Below are positions 34,842 to 43,259 of a DNA stretch of 43,541 bases, in pieces (position 1 is the stretch's first letter; each line of letters opens with the position of its first letter). Origin of the DNA: a virus (Duplodnaviria > Caudoviricetes); the IMG/VR virus record IMGVR_UViG_3300020016_000015, positions 1 through 43,541 of that record; one strand, given 5' to 3'. Position numbers and translations under genes: made by a program. The notes beneath the pieces are model-generated. The model was not told where the DNA came from, ran no database searches, and saw only the letters and a list, made by a program, of their open reading frames with translations.

Positions 34842-37384
34842 CAAATCCCCTTGGTAAATCTGGAGTTTAATCCACCTTTCCATGGCTTTGCGCCTATTAG
34901 AGTGGACTCATTTTCACCGAAGTCTTCCTCAGTGAATACGAACCTAGGCTCGAGCTTCACCCCGATGGAATCTCCCATGATTTCAGCTAGGGTGCCGATC
35001 TTGTATTTGAACCGCCAGAACTTGTTAGTGCCGGAAGTCCATGCTTCGACTAGACTAGCCCCGGTGAATTCCTCAAACACATAACGCGGCTGGACGAACC
35101 GGACACCCATCGAAGTACAGGTGTCGGATACCCGCTTGTTGAACTCGGCGATAGTAAACGGCGCTGAAATGTCGAGGTCTTCCCAGATGCGGCCTTCCTC
35201 GATGATATGCTTCGCCACGCGGCGAGCGTAGGACATGTTAGACTCGATAATGTGGCTGTCGCCGCTGCTTGAAATCGATGTATTTTCAATTTCGTGGCGG
35301 CTTACCTCGAGCGTGTTAAAGATGTGCATGTAATGCTCCTTCACCGTCATGTCGCGGATGAAGGTATTAAATTCGTCAAAGAATGGCTTGAGTGTAATCG
35401 TCCAGTTCCTGAACTGAATTTCGGTCTGCTTCATGTAGTCCTTGTCGTAGGTCTTCATATAGAACAACGCGCGGTCCTGTGTATTCGCTTGCCCGATGTT
35501 CATGTCAAATCGGTTGGAGGCGAACACGACGCGAGCAAAAATTCGATAGGTGCGCGCCGACATGAACTTCTCAGCGCCCCCCATTCGGTCAGAACGGATC
35601 AGCTTCTTGATCTCGTCCGTACTACTTTCGCTGTAGAACTTTGCTTCGTCGATGAAAACAAACATCTTGTTAATGAATGGTTCTACCGAAAAGGCACCCT
35701 CCAAAATCTTTGGGGAGGCAGAACCCCACTGGTTCTGAAATAGTTGTTCTAAAAAAATGTTCCCAAAGAACGATTTTCCAACACCTTGTCCCCCCACGAA
35801 GACAGGTGATACTTGCTGCTTCTGGCCGGGGTTCTGTACTGTCCACGCGATCCATTTCTTGAGCCACTCTACTTGGACGGGGTTGTTCTGACTTAGGTAG
35901 TTGAATAGCTGGTCCATCATTGCGTTACACTTCGTAATGATGGCTTGGTCGACGTGCTTGGTAGGGAGAATTGGCCACCCGCGCCACGTGTTGAACATAG
36001 TCATCGTGCCGGGTTCGCTGTCTTGATCGTCGGGAATTACGCCCCCCGCGCGAGATAAGCGAAATACAGAGCCGGGCTGGAAATCTGGGTATAAATCCCT
36101 GCCGCCGACCCGTCTTCGCAGTGGAGACGACTCAAACAGCTTGAACACCGGCTTCATTTTACCGGCCACTTCCATAAGATCGTTACGATGTCTTCGGTCA
36201 AGCTCAGAGCCATCGTGAACAAACCGCGCGATGGAGTAAAATCTGTCTCTATCGATGTATTGGTCGTCTGTTTCGTCGTAAATGTAACGCTCTGCCATCC
36301 GAGTGAGGGGTGATACATCAACCCCAGGCATAAATACCGTCCGCAGTGCGAGCAGGGATTCTGTTCCAATTTCCGCCTCAAGAGCGGGCCAGCCGGGAAT
36401 TTTAGCATCGGGGTTGTTCTCCAGTTTCTTCAGCGCATCCCTCAATACGCGCTTACGCATGTACGCTTCCTTGTCACCTAGCTCAGTACAAACAAAGTCA
36501 ATCATTGACTCTGCTGTCTCCGCCGAATAGATGGGGCAGAAAGTTCCCTGCGATATACCTTCGTTGTCGTTGATGCCTATACTTTCGCGTACGAGGCGGG
36601 CGAGCCAACCGGCCACCTTGATGGTGAACTGCTGCCTTCCGCCCTCGATCCAGTGTGGTTGAATTATGTATAGGAAGGTGCCGAACGCGATGCCGGTGAT
36701 TAGAGTGGAGTAAGCCGTCTTGCGCGACGTCGTAGCAGCCACTTCGCCCACAGATACAGCGGGTTTACCGGCCTCATTGTACCATATAGAAATGTCGTAT
36801 TGACTGGCTTTCTCCTTATGTATGTAGACACTTCCCGGCATAACGGTCTGGCGCGACTCCTTGATCGCATTGACTTTATCATCTGGAATGACTCCCATTG
36901 ACCTGAGTTCCACCTTAAACCGCTTACCGTCGAGCTTGAATTCTTTTGGTTCAAACTCCTTCATTATGTCATAATTCGCTAGGTCTACTTCATTTAGTTG
37001 TACCATCAGGTGAGAAGGTACACCCTTCGACATGCGGCCAAACGCGAACCGTGTGTCGATGCCGAGGTACTTGAATGCCTTGATTATACAGCGATTATAA
37101 CGGGGGTCTTCGGCGTCAATGTCCGCGTCGAGCCAACCGAATTGAAGGTTGAAACCTAAGTTCAGGACCCGCATTTCGGGGTCGTCAATCCACGATTGTA
37201 AATTCGTGTCCCTAAACTTCTTCTTGTACCAGTCCGAAACAAATGGGTTCTTGCCTGACATCTGCAAGAACGTAGCGCCGACTTGAATGAAATTGTTGTT
37301 TATCTGGGCGGTGATGGATCGCTGTTGATTTAGCAGCTTCTCATCGTGGTCGTTTAGCGCGAAGCCGCCCTTAATTTGTTCCAT
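34841..37384 (-). CDS. Primase-polymerase / SF3 helicase fusion (DUF5906-like C-terminus)
   Basis: N-terminal K.P...W...NLG...D.DID...H Prim-Pol motifs; C-terminal GGQGVGKS Walker A, FIDE Walker B, and ASN. Confidence 0.85.
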   Translation of the reverse strand: MEQIKGGFALNDHDEKLLNQQRSITAQINNNFIQVGATFLQMSGKNPFVSDWYKKKFRDTNLQSWIDDPEMRVLNLGFNLQFGWLDADIDAEDPRYNRCIIKAFKYLGIDTRFAFGRMSKGVPSHLMVQLNEVDLANYDIMKEFEPKEFKLDGKRFKVELRSMGVIPDDKVNAIKESRQTVMPGSVYIHKEKASQYDISIWYNEAGKPAVSVGEVAATTSRKTAYSTLITGIAFGTFLYIIQPHWIEGGRQQFTIKVAGWLARLVRESIGINDNEGISQGTFCPIYSAETAESMIDFVCTELGDKEAYMRKRVLRDALKKLENNPDAKIPGWPALEAEIGTESLLALRTVFMPGVDVSPLTRMAERYIYDETDDQYIDRDRFYSIARFVHDGSELDRRHRNDLMEVAGKMKPVFKLFESSPLRRRVGGRDLYPDFQPGSVFRLSRAGGVIPDDQDSEPGTMTMFNTWRGWPILPTKHVDQAIITKCNAMMDQLFNYLSQNNPVQVEWLKKWIAWTVQNPGQKQQVSPVFVGGQGVGKSFFGNIFLEQLFQNQWGSASPKILEGAFSVEPFINKMFVFIDEAKFYSESSTDEIKKLIRSDRMGGAEKFMSARTYRIFARVVFASNRFDMNIGQANTQDRALFYMKTYDKDYMKQTEIQFRNWTITLKPFFDEFNTFIRDMTVKEHYMHIFNTLEVSRHEIENTSISSSGDSHIIESNMSYARRVAKHIIEEGRIWEDLDISAPFTIAEFNKRVSDTCTSMGVRFVQPRYVFEEFTGASLVEAWTSGTNKFWRFKYKIGTLAEIMGDSIGVKLEPRFVFTEEDFGENESTLIGAKPWKGGLNSRFTKGI

Positions 37385-37401
37385 CTTTTCCCCTTGCCCC
37401 T

Positions 37402-37453
37402 AAAAAACGACTGTGGCGAGGGGGACTGGCCGGTCCTTGTTCCCTCGCCACAG
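37402..37453 (-). terminator. Terminator/attenuator hairpin in the primase leader
   Basis: 12-bp stem CTGTGGCGAGGG/CCCTCGCCACAG followed by TCGTTTTTT on the minus strand. Confidence 0.65.
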
Positions 37454-37480
37454 AAGCCACACAGGGGTCAGTGCGGCAAC

Positions 37481-37509
37481 AGTCTACCACGCCGGGGCGC
37501 GGCTGTCAA
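37481..37509 (-). promoter_or_regulatory. sigma70 promoter TTGACA-N17-TAGACT
   Basis: Consensus boxes; spacer similar to 33767-33795. Confidence 0.75.
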
Positions 37510-37520
37510 GATATGAGACG

Positions 37521-37907
37521 CTATTCAGGAGACGTAGGCAACTCCTCAAGTACCTTTGCCTCGCCGAAATTAGGGTCATCGATGTAATCTTCGTTTTCAT
37601 ACTGGTCGAGATAACATTCCTCCCACGCATTCCGCCACTCGTTGTAGGCGTGGGCTTCTTTGTCGTCGCTCTCCGCCCACTTCCCACCGCCCTTGCTGGC
37701 GATGTAATCCTCCATTTCGAAGACCACTTCTCTGGCGAATTTTTCAGCCAACTTCACCTGTTCGTTGTACATGTCGATGTGCTTGTTCAGCACTTCGATA
37801 TGCGCATTGGCGTTGTTCGTTTCGTCCTTGATCCGTTCTTCCAGCACGCGAAGGTTTTTGATAAGTCCGTCGCGGTACTCGATTCGTGCCTTACCTAGTT
37901 CTAGCAT
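37521..37907 (-). CDS. Acidic coiled-coil hypothetical protein
   Basis: AGGAGA RBS; 128 aa. Confidence 0.75.
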   Translation of the reverse strand: MLELGKARIEYRDGLIKNLRVLEERIKDETNNANAHIEVLNKHIDMYNEQVKLAEKFAREVVFEMEDYIASKGGGKWAESDDKEAHAYNEWRNAWEECYLDQYENEDYIDDPNFGEAKVLEELPTSPE

Positions 37908-38062
37908 GGTAGTTCTCCTGTTGTAAACCTCTACATACGCGTCAGTGTGGTGGCGGGGCGGCAGCTATAGTCATAGCGGGCGGCCACGGGGACCACACCG
38001 CGTGCCGTACGCCGCCCCCGTGCGTATCGGTCCGTGCGTGGGCGCACCCCCGCGCGGGCGCG

Positions 38063-38443
38063 CTAGCCGTGATAGTGTGGCTTGTCACCCTGAATTTCCA
38101 TATGGAGCTTCACGTCTTCGGTGAATTCCTTGGTGAAATCGGTGATGATTTCACTGGCTATATCAAGCACGTTTTCTGGGGTACTAATTCGCCGCAGCAC
38201 TTCCATCAGCATCGAACTGGCTAAGTTCACGGTGCACGCGAGCACCCGGTTCGGATTGGTGCCGTTCAGCTGCGCCGAATGGAGCCAGTGTAAGTGGGCA
38301 CGGTAAGCCCCATCGACCAGCATGTAAGCGGAGGCATCCACACCCATCTTATCCCGCAGCAGAACCACGGTTCTATCGACGTAAGTGTCGACAATTTCAG
38401 GCTGTAAGTTCCACTCAGCGCGCAGTTCCTCAATCTTCTCCAT
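38063..38443 (-). CDS. Hypothetical protein
   Basis: 126-aa ORF overlapping the upstream stop. Confidence 0.7.
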   Translation of the reverse strand: MEKIEELRAEWNLQPEIVDTYVDRTVVLLRDKMGVDASAYMLVDGAYRAHLHWLHSAQLNGTNPNRVLACTVNLASSMLMEVLRRISTPENVLDIASEIITDFTKEFTEDVKLHMEIQGDKPHYHG

Positions 38444-38993
38444 CGCCTTGATCCTTCTTGGGTTTGTACTTCTGTTCAGTATCCTGAACCCATGATGGGC
38501 TCAGCTGGTAGAACTCACTACTCATTCCCTCGGGGAGCATCAGCTTGCCCCCGGCTTCGCGCACTTTCCTGGACAGAAGGTTGCGCCCCGTCATTCTCAG
38601 CCGACCCTGCCACCCCTTGGTCGTGCGGTTGTACTTGGCGAGGTTGATCCCATTCGCTGCGCAGATCGCCTCAAATAGCTCCATGTTCGTGCCGCCCTTA
38701 TTGGTGCACATTTCATTGAGATAGATCGCCAGTTCGTCACCACAATGCGTAGGGTGGCCTTGCTCGCTGTAGTTCGCGCGGTAGCGGTTCGTGATGATCG
38801 AGCCCACCTTGGGCGGTTCGACCCGCTTGATTTCGGCCTCGTCGGCCGCTTCGTCCCACTCGTTATTCCAGCGGGCGAAGTCGGGGTCTTCCTCCATGTA
38901 CGGGCATTCGCCTGCCAGCACACCCTCTTTATACGCGAGCGCCCCGCTTATTGGGACTCCGTTTATCCGTTGAATGTCCACTCGACCCTCCAT
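38430..38993 (-). CDS. Paralog D of the GxxGRxRMT family with N-terminal Rmf/CrpP-like motif
   Basis: GALAYKEG....CPY......W...WD, then CGDELA...C...F..IC.ANGI...GWQGRLRMTGRN. Confidence 0.8.
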   Translation of the reverse strand: MEGRVDIQRINGVPISGALAYKEGVLAGECPYMEEDPDFARWNNEWDEAADEAEIKRVEPPKVGSIITNRYRANYSEQGHPTHCGDELAIYLNEMCTNKGGTNMELFEAICAANGINLAKYNRTTKGWQGRLRMTGRNLLSRKVREAGGKLMLPEGMSSEFYQLSPSWVQDTEQKYKPKKDQGDGED

Positions 38994-39180
38994 GCGTAGA
39001 TTTTAACACAGGATGACCGGTCCTGTCAAGTTGTATTTCACGCAACGCGCGCAAGGCGCACCACACTTCTCGAGCGAAGGCGCCAATGTCCGCCTCTGAA
39101 AGATGGGGCACCAGCGGAGTGGTGCGCTTACGCACCACTTCTTCGATGACGGCGATTTGCTTACGGTGAAATTCTCTCAT
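38929..39180 (-). CDS. Hypothetical protein
   Basis: Begins MREFHRKQ; coupled to the upstream stop and overlaps the promoter. Confidence 0.45.
   Translation of the reverse strand: MREFHRKQIAVIEEVVRKRTTPLVPHLSEADIGAFAREVWCALRALREIQLDRTGHPVLKSTHGGSSGHSTDKRSPNKRGARV
39000..39029 (-). promoter_or_regulatory. sigma70 promoter TTGACA-N18-TAAAAT giving a probably leaderless mRNA
   Basis: Only 6 nt separate the -10 box from the ATG at 38993. Confidence 0.7.
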
Positions 39181-39896
39181 AGTTTGTCCGTTATGTCGTC
39201 GAGCATGGCGATGTAACAAGCCATACTGGTTCGCATCGATTCTTCGCCCACTGAGAACCACGTATCGGGGAAATCGCTGTCAAGATCGCGGTAGTACCAA
39301 CCTTCTGTATCAATGTTCAGGTCGGAATTGACGTCCTGCCAAGCGATGATCACGCGGTGTGCATAAGCACAATTCTTACTGTTGACCGTGTGGATGCCCG
39401 CCTTCCCCTTAGCGAACTTGTTGTTGGTCACAGCGGTGGTGCTTAGCTGGTGGTTGAACGCCAGAGCGGTGTTTATCGTCTCGTAAGTGAGGTACTTACC
39501 ATTGAAAGCAGCCCGCCCGATGGCTGCTTCCTCTTCGCGGATTGCCTTGTAGTGGGGCGACGCCTCGGTGTAGATGTGAGTTACCGTGCGCCGGTCCACG
39601 TTGAACATCTTGCCAAGAACTTCTGGCTTGATACCCATTCGGTGAAGAGCCAGAACTTGACAACGTTGGTCGCGTGTCATCTTGGGGGCAAACTTATTCT
39701 TGTCCACCCCCATGACGTGAAGCAGCGCCATTCGTTCTTCCTTGGGGGAGTCATTCTCCGGTACGAACCGGTTTAGCATTTCACCTACGGTCACTTGCTC
39801 GTTGAACCCCGCACGCGTAAGCATGTCGCGTAGAATTGCTTGGCTGTCGGGGTCAACCAATTCTAGCACGTCAGCCATTGTGTCTTTGATACCCAT
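39177..39896 (-). CDS. HTH-containing hypothetical protein
   Basis: ALHRMGIKPEVLGKMFNVDRRTVTHI is an HTH-like segment. Confidence 0.65.
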   Translation of the reverse strand: MGIKDTMADVLELVDPDSQAILRDMLTRAGFNEQVTVGEMLNRFVPENDSPKEERMALLHVMGVDKNKFAPKMTRDQRCQVLALHRMGIKPEVLGKMFNVDRRTVTHIYTEASPHYKAIREEEAAIGRAAFNGKYLTYETINTALAFNHQLSTTAVTNNKFAKGKAGIHTVNSKNCAYAHRVIIAWQDVNSDLNIDTEGWYYRDLDSDFPDTWFSVGEESMRTSMACYIAMLDDITDKL

Positions 39897-39909
39897 GTTA
39901 CCCTCGTTG

Positions 39910-40227
39910 TTACGCTACACCTTCTTCACTGGCGTCTTTCTTCTGGGGCGGGAACTTCTCCGCCCACACCTTGGGCGTGATGCCCGACAGGATGAACTCC
40001 CGGTCGTCGAGCGCCATGTTGGGGAATGCCTCTTGAACAAATGGGCGCACCATTCGGTGTTGACCCAACCATTCGGCCACTTCTTTCGCCGAGTATTCGG
40101 TCTTGATCGAGTGCGAAGCGATCCCGCCGAGAACAGACGGCCGGGTGATGATAAGTAAACCATCACCCTTATCGATAACGGAAGTTTCCTTGTCAACGAT
40201 TATCATCATGTCGTTCACCTTACACAT
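39910..40227 (-). CDS. Conserved phage protein
   Basis: VQEAFP.M..DDREFILSGITP..W motif. Confidence 0.75.
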   Translation of the reverse strand: MCKVNDMMIIVDKETSVIDKGDGLLIITRPSVLGGIASHSIKTEYSAKEVAEWLGQHRMVRPFVQEAFPNMALDDREFILSGITPKVWAEKFPPQKKDASEEGVA

Positions 40228-40652
40228 CGCCAGCGCTTTCCGTAGTGGCGTTTACGGAGTCCGTGGGATTGACACACGTCGCGTGTGCGTCGCCGAATTG
40301 ATGGGCGAGGTTCCGCTTGCGGTTCGACGCGCGGTTCCACCTTGGGTTGGGGTTGCTTCGCCATAGGGATTTGACGAATGAATGCTGATGGTGGCATTTC
40401 ACTGACTGGCGACCACCGCCGCCTGAATGTGCCTTCATCTTGGCGTTGTTCCAACCATCCTTCGCTGTGCACCTTGGTAGGAACTAGTTCCACCTGCTTT
40501 GGTTTAGACGGCCACGCCGCCCAAGCGAAAACAGGAATGAGTGCCAGAACGAATGTGTACTTATAAGCGTGTAATTTTACCCCGGCGAAGGTAAACGGGA
40601 CCGGTCCTTCGCCGGGGCGAGGGGTGCGAACGGAGCGGAACTCACCCCTCAT
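40215..40652 (-). CDS. Membrane-anchored hypothetical protein
   Basis: One hydrophobic helix, Pro-rich linker, C-terminal DVC..HG.RK....WRC. Confidence 0.65.
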   Translation of the reverse strand: MRGEFRSVRTPRPGEGPVPFTFAGVKLHAYKYTFVLALIPVFAWAAWPSKPKQVELVPTKVHSEGWLEQRQDEGTFRRRWSPVSEMPPSAFIRQIPMAKQPQPKVEPRVEPQAEPRPSIRRRTRDVCQSHGLRKRHYGKRWRCVR

Positions 40653-40825
40653 TCTAGACCCGTTTGATCGTTGTCGAGGTATAAGTTCACTTCCCATTCC
40701 TCGAACCCCAAGTCAAATAACAAACCAGCAGCCGTCTTGCGGGACATCTTCTTTTCCCAATAAGCCTGCTGGATCGAGTCCTTCTTGTCTTGTATCTTCC
40801 TAGGGAGAATGGGGGGAAGGCTCAT
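40649..40825 (-). CDS. Small hypothetical protein
   Basis: Begins MSLPPILPRK; coupled to both neighbours. Confidence 0.6.
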   Translation of the reverse strand: MSLPPILPRKIQDKKDSIQQAYWEKKMSRKTAAGLLFDLGFEEWEVNLYLDNDQTGLE

Positions 40826-41106
40826 ACCTCGGCTTCTTCCTGCAGGAAGCGCCACTGCTCGATTTGCAGCCTGCTGCCCCTTGGCATGACGACGATGGGG
40901 TTGAACCGGCACCACTCAGGTGAATGGCCGGACCAACCGTTACGGTACATGTCGAGGGCGAACTTCTCGTGCGGGATGCCCGACACCATTTCAGCTACGA
41001 GCCAAGTTAGGTCGGTCATAAGATGCCGCACGATGATGTCTTCACCCTGTCGTTCGACCGAGTACAGGTCGAACCGGGGCGAGTTGGGCTCGTCGTATTT
41101 CGTCAT
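40822..41106 (-). CDS. Hypothetical protein
   Basis: Begins MTKYDEPNSP; GAGG RBS, coupled. Confidence 0.65.
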   Translation of the reverse strand: MTKYDEPNSPRFDLYSVERQGEDIIVRHLMTDLTWLVAEMVSGIPHEKFALDMYRNGWSGHSPEWCRFNPIVVMPRGSRLQIEQWRFLQEEAEV

Positions 41107-41390
41107 GCGACCAACCTCAACTTGGGCTTGCGCTTGACGTTCTTGCGCTCGCCGATGCGGAAGCTTGCCCGCACTGCATTCGCGACGGCTGCGACGCAAC
41201 AGTAGCGCGGTGAAATGGTGGCTCCGAAGAACCAATTGCGGAGCGTGGTGTTCGTCACGCCGCTCGACTTGGAGATTTGGTTGATCACCGTGCCGAACTT
41301 GACGCCTTGGGCCTCCGCCTCAAATTGCAGCGCCGTGCGCAACAGGTCGATCACGGGGTCCTTGGTCTTGAATAGGTAGGATTTGTACAT
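41103..41390 (-). CDS. XRE/Cro-like HTH protein
   Basis: KDP.ID..RT...ISKSSGV...TL.NWF.G.T.SP. Confidence 0.7.
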   Translation of the reverse strand: MYKSYLFKTKDPVIDLLRTALQFEAEAQGVKFGTVINQISKSSGVTNTTLRNWFFGATISPRYCCVAAVANAVRASFRIGERKNVKRKPKLRLVA

Positions 41391-41391
41391 G

Positions 41392-41610
41392 TCACATTCC
41401 GTTCAGTTTGTTCCAGAACCCCAGAACCATGTCGTGGTCTGCGGTTCCCTGCGCGATCATGTTACCGTCCCGATCCTTAAGGATCAGGTGAATATGGTTG
41501 ATGGGCCGGTCAGGGCAAACGTACGCCGCGATTGAATAGGCGCGGGGTATTTCCATCGTGTTGTGAAGGAGGTGGGTTATGTCCACCACATTATCCTTTT
41601 CGTCAGCCAT
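41392..41610 (-). CDS. Hypothetical protein (paralog of 41603-41953)
   Basis: CP....H.H.IL...DG...AQ.T.D motif. Confidence 0.65.
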   Translation of the reverse strand: MADEKDNVVDITHLLHNTMEIPRAYSIAAYVCPDRPINHIHLILKDRDGNMIAQGTADHDMVLGFWNKLNGM

Positions 41611-41953
41611 CGATAGCCTCCACCATTGTGCGCAGCACGTCTTCGTTGCCTTGGATCAAGCATTGGAACATCACGCCCCAATCACCCGATGATTTCCGCC
41701 GGGAGTAGTAGCGCATCGCAAGATTGTGCAGGTGGGTTTCGGCCGCGTTCATTTCGGCCGGGGCGATCTGCTTCCGCATCAGATCAATCAGTTCTTTGTC
41801 CACGGTGGCTTGAGCCATCGGGAGGCCATCGAGCCCTATCAGAACGATGTGGGCGTGGTCTGTTCCCGCCGTGGGGCATTGGAACACTTCGATGCGATCC
41901 GCCTCAGGAAGACCGCCGTAGTCGACTTCTTCTGTGTCTACTTCTTTGACCAT
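41603..41953 (-). CDS. Hypothetical protein (paralog of 41392-41610)
   Basis: ACGGAGCAGAAC RBS and the same CP..H.H motif. Confidence 0.7.
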   Translation of the reverse strand: MVKEVDTEEVDYGGLPEADRIEVFQCPTAGTDHAHIVLIGLDGLPMAQATVDKELIDLMRKQIAPAEMNAAETHLHNLAMRYYSRRKSSGDWGVMFQCLIQGNEDVLRTMVEAIDG

Positions 41954-41982
41954 GTTCTGCTCCGTTGGTTGACAGTACGCAC

Positions 41983-42011
41983 ATTTTAACACACGCGCGG
42001 TACGCTGTCAA
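41983..42011 (-). promoter_or_regulatory. sigma70 promoter TTGACA-N17-TAAAAT
   Basis: Consensus boxes with TG extension. Confidence 0.78.
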
Positions 42012-42184
42012 GTAGTTTTCGTGGTTGCCGCCGCGATTTTGCCCTCAGTGTAACCGATTCCGTACCATTTTTCAGCAAAAGTCATAACCACGTTGAGCAA
42101 AGCATCGAATTCGTCGTCATCGATTTCGACTATGGCTTCAAGCAAACCAACGATGGCTTCGAGGTCGTCTGATGGTTCGCTCAT
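42008..42184 (-). CDS. Small acidic protein
   Basis: Begins MSEPSDDLE; ATGA-coupled. Confidence 0.6.
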   Translation of the reverse strand: MSEPSDDLEAIVGLLEAIVEIDDDEFDALLNVVMTFAEKWYGIGYTEGKIAAATTKTT

Positions 42185-42414
42185 TTCCCATCCCACGTTG
42201 CAAGGCAGTAAATCAAGTAGGCGATGATGATCAGAACCGTCAGGAGGCAAACTCGCCACCCGGCGATTAAGAATGGGAACACAGCGAAATAAAGGAACAG
42301 AGCAAGAGTGCCGCCCATCGCTGTGTAGAACGCGGTGGTGGCCACCCATTGAACACCACTTACTGTCTTATAGAAGTCGCGGATTAGTTCGTCGCCGGGG
42401 TTCTTTTCGCTCAT
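42181..42414 (-). CDS. Small membrane protein with two hydrophobic helices
   Basis: Long hydrophobic stretches. Confidence 0.65.
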   Translation of the reverse strand: MSEKNPGDELIRDFYKTVSGVQWVATTAFYTAMGGTLALFLYFAVFPFLIAGWRVCLLTVLIIIAYLIYCLATWDGK

Positions 42415-42638
42415 GATCTGCTCTTCAGTTGGGGTTTGAGTGTGACGCGAACTATGTACTGCGCGCTATGTTTCTGGTATGTGTTGATGTCGGATGGTAA
42501 CTGAAAGCCATAAGACATGATCCCGCCCCACCAAGCGTGGTGTTCGTCGTGCCACAACACGCAAGAGAACTGAGGGCTTTGTATGTGGCGGTTATCCCAA
42601 CCGTTAAGCCCGTTCATAATGGGGTACTTGGGGGTCAT
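42411..42638 (-). CDS. Hypothetical protein
   Basis: Begins MTPKYPIM; ATGA-coupled. Confidence 0.55.
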   Translation of the reverse strand: MTPKYPIMNGLNGWDNRHIQSPQFSCVLWHDEHHAWWGGIMSYGFQLPSDINTYQKHSAQYIVRVTLKPQLKSRS

Positions 42639-42850
42639 GGTTCGCACCTCATCTGGGTGTACTTCTTGTAGCGGCGGTGTTTCGGCGCATGGGAGTCGGA
42701 CCGTTTGTAGGTGTCCCACACTTTGTTACTCTCCAGTGAACAAGCACGGCACCGCCTGTGCTTCGCCTCTTTCTTCTTACGGTAGTATGTGTTCTCGGGG
42801 GTGAATTCGTGCCCCCATTTACAGTGGGTTTGTGTGACGTGGCCCATCAA
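42635..42850 (-). CDS. Stand-alone Cys/His domain of the type attached to HNH endonucleases
   Basis: THC..GH.FT.ENT......R.CR.C. Confidence 0.65.
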   Translation of the reverse strand: MMGHVTQTHCKWGHEFTPENTYYRKKKEAKHRRCRACSLESNKVWDTYKRSDSHAPKHRRYKKYTQMRCEP

Positions 42851-43062
42851 ACGCGCTTCTGCGTGCCCTTGGTGGTAACTTCCACCGTCTCGGTGACTTT
42901 CACCAGTTCGATGACCACATCGTCGTAGAAGTAGGTCATGTCGTTCTGGAGTTGTTCCTTAGCCTGTTCGTACGTGGGCTCGTCACTGAATGTGGTGGAT
43001 TTGTACCAATTCTCGCTCTTGGCCGCTTTCCAGCGGGTATAGTAATAAATCTTGGTGGTCAT
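42847..43062 (-). CDS. Hypothetical early protein
   Basis: GGAG RBS after promoter 43090-43118. Confidence 0.7.
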   Translation of the reverse strand: MTTKIYYYTRWKAAKSENWYKSTTFSDEPTYEQAKEQLQNDMTYFYDDVVIELVKVTETVEVTTKGTQKRV

Positions 43063-43089
43063 TTCGGTGCTCCAATTGTGAGTACGCGT

Positions 43090-43118
43090 ATGGTAGCACG
43101 CGGAGCGCAGCCTGTCAA
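43090..43118 (-). promoter_or_regulatory. sigma70 promoter TTGACA-N17-TACCAT
   Basis: Consensus boxes with TG extension; divergent from 43179. Confidence 0.75.
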
Positions 43119-43178
43119 TGGTGTTTAGTGTTCAGGTGGGTGAATGTTGTGTTTCTGCTCTGAATACATAAGGGGGGA

Positions 43179-43207
43179 TTGACAGGGGCGGGTTGGTGTG
43201 ATTTAAT
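43179..43207 (+). promoter_or_regulatory. Variant sigma70 promoter TTGACA-N17-TTTAAT (T at -11)
   Basis: Perfect -35, GGTGTG before the -10, upstream of paralog A. Confidence 0.65.
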
Positions 43208-43259
43208 TAGGTACGGCTCGCGTGGTGCGAGTTCGGTGCAGCGAAACAGGGTGATTGAA

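Noticed and set aside
42635-42850. Intact HNH homing endonuclease
   Set aside because: Only the accessory Cys/His domain is present, with no HNH catalytic motif.
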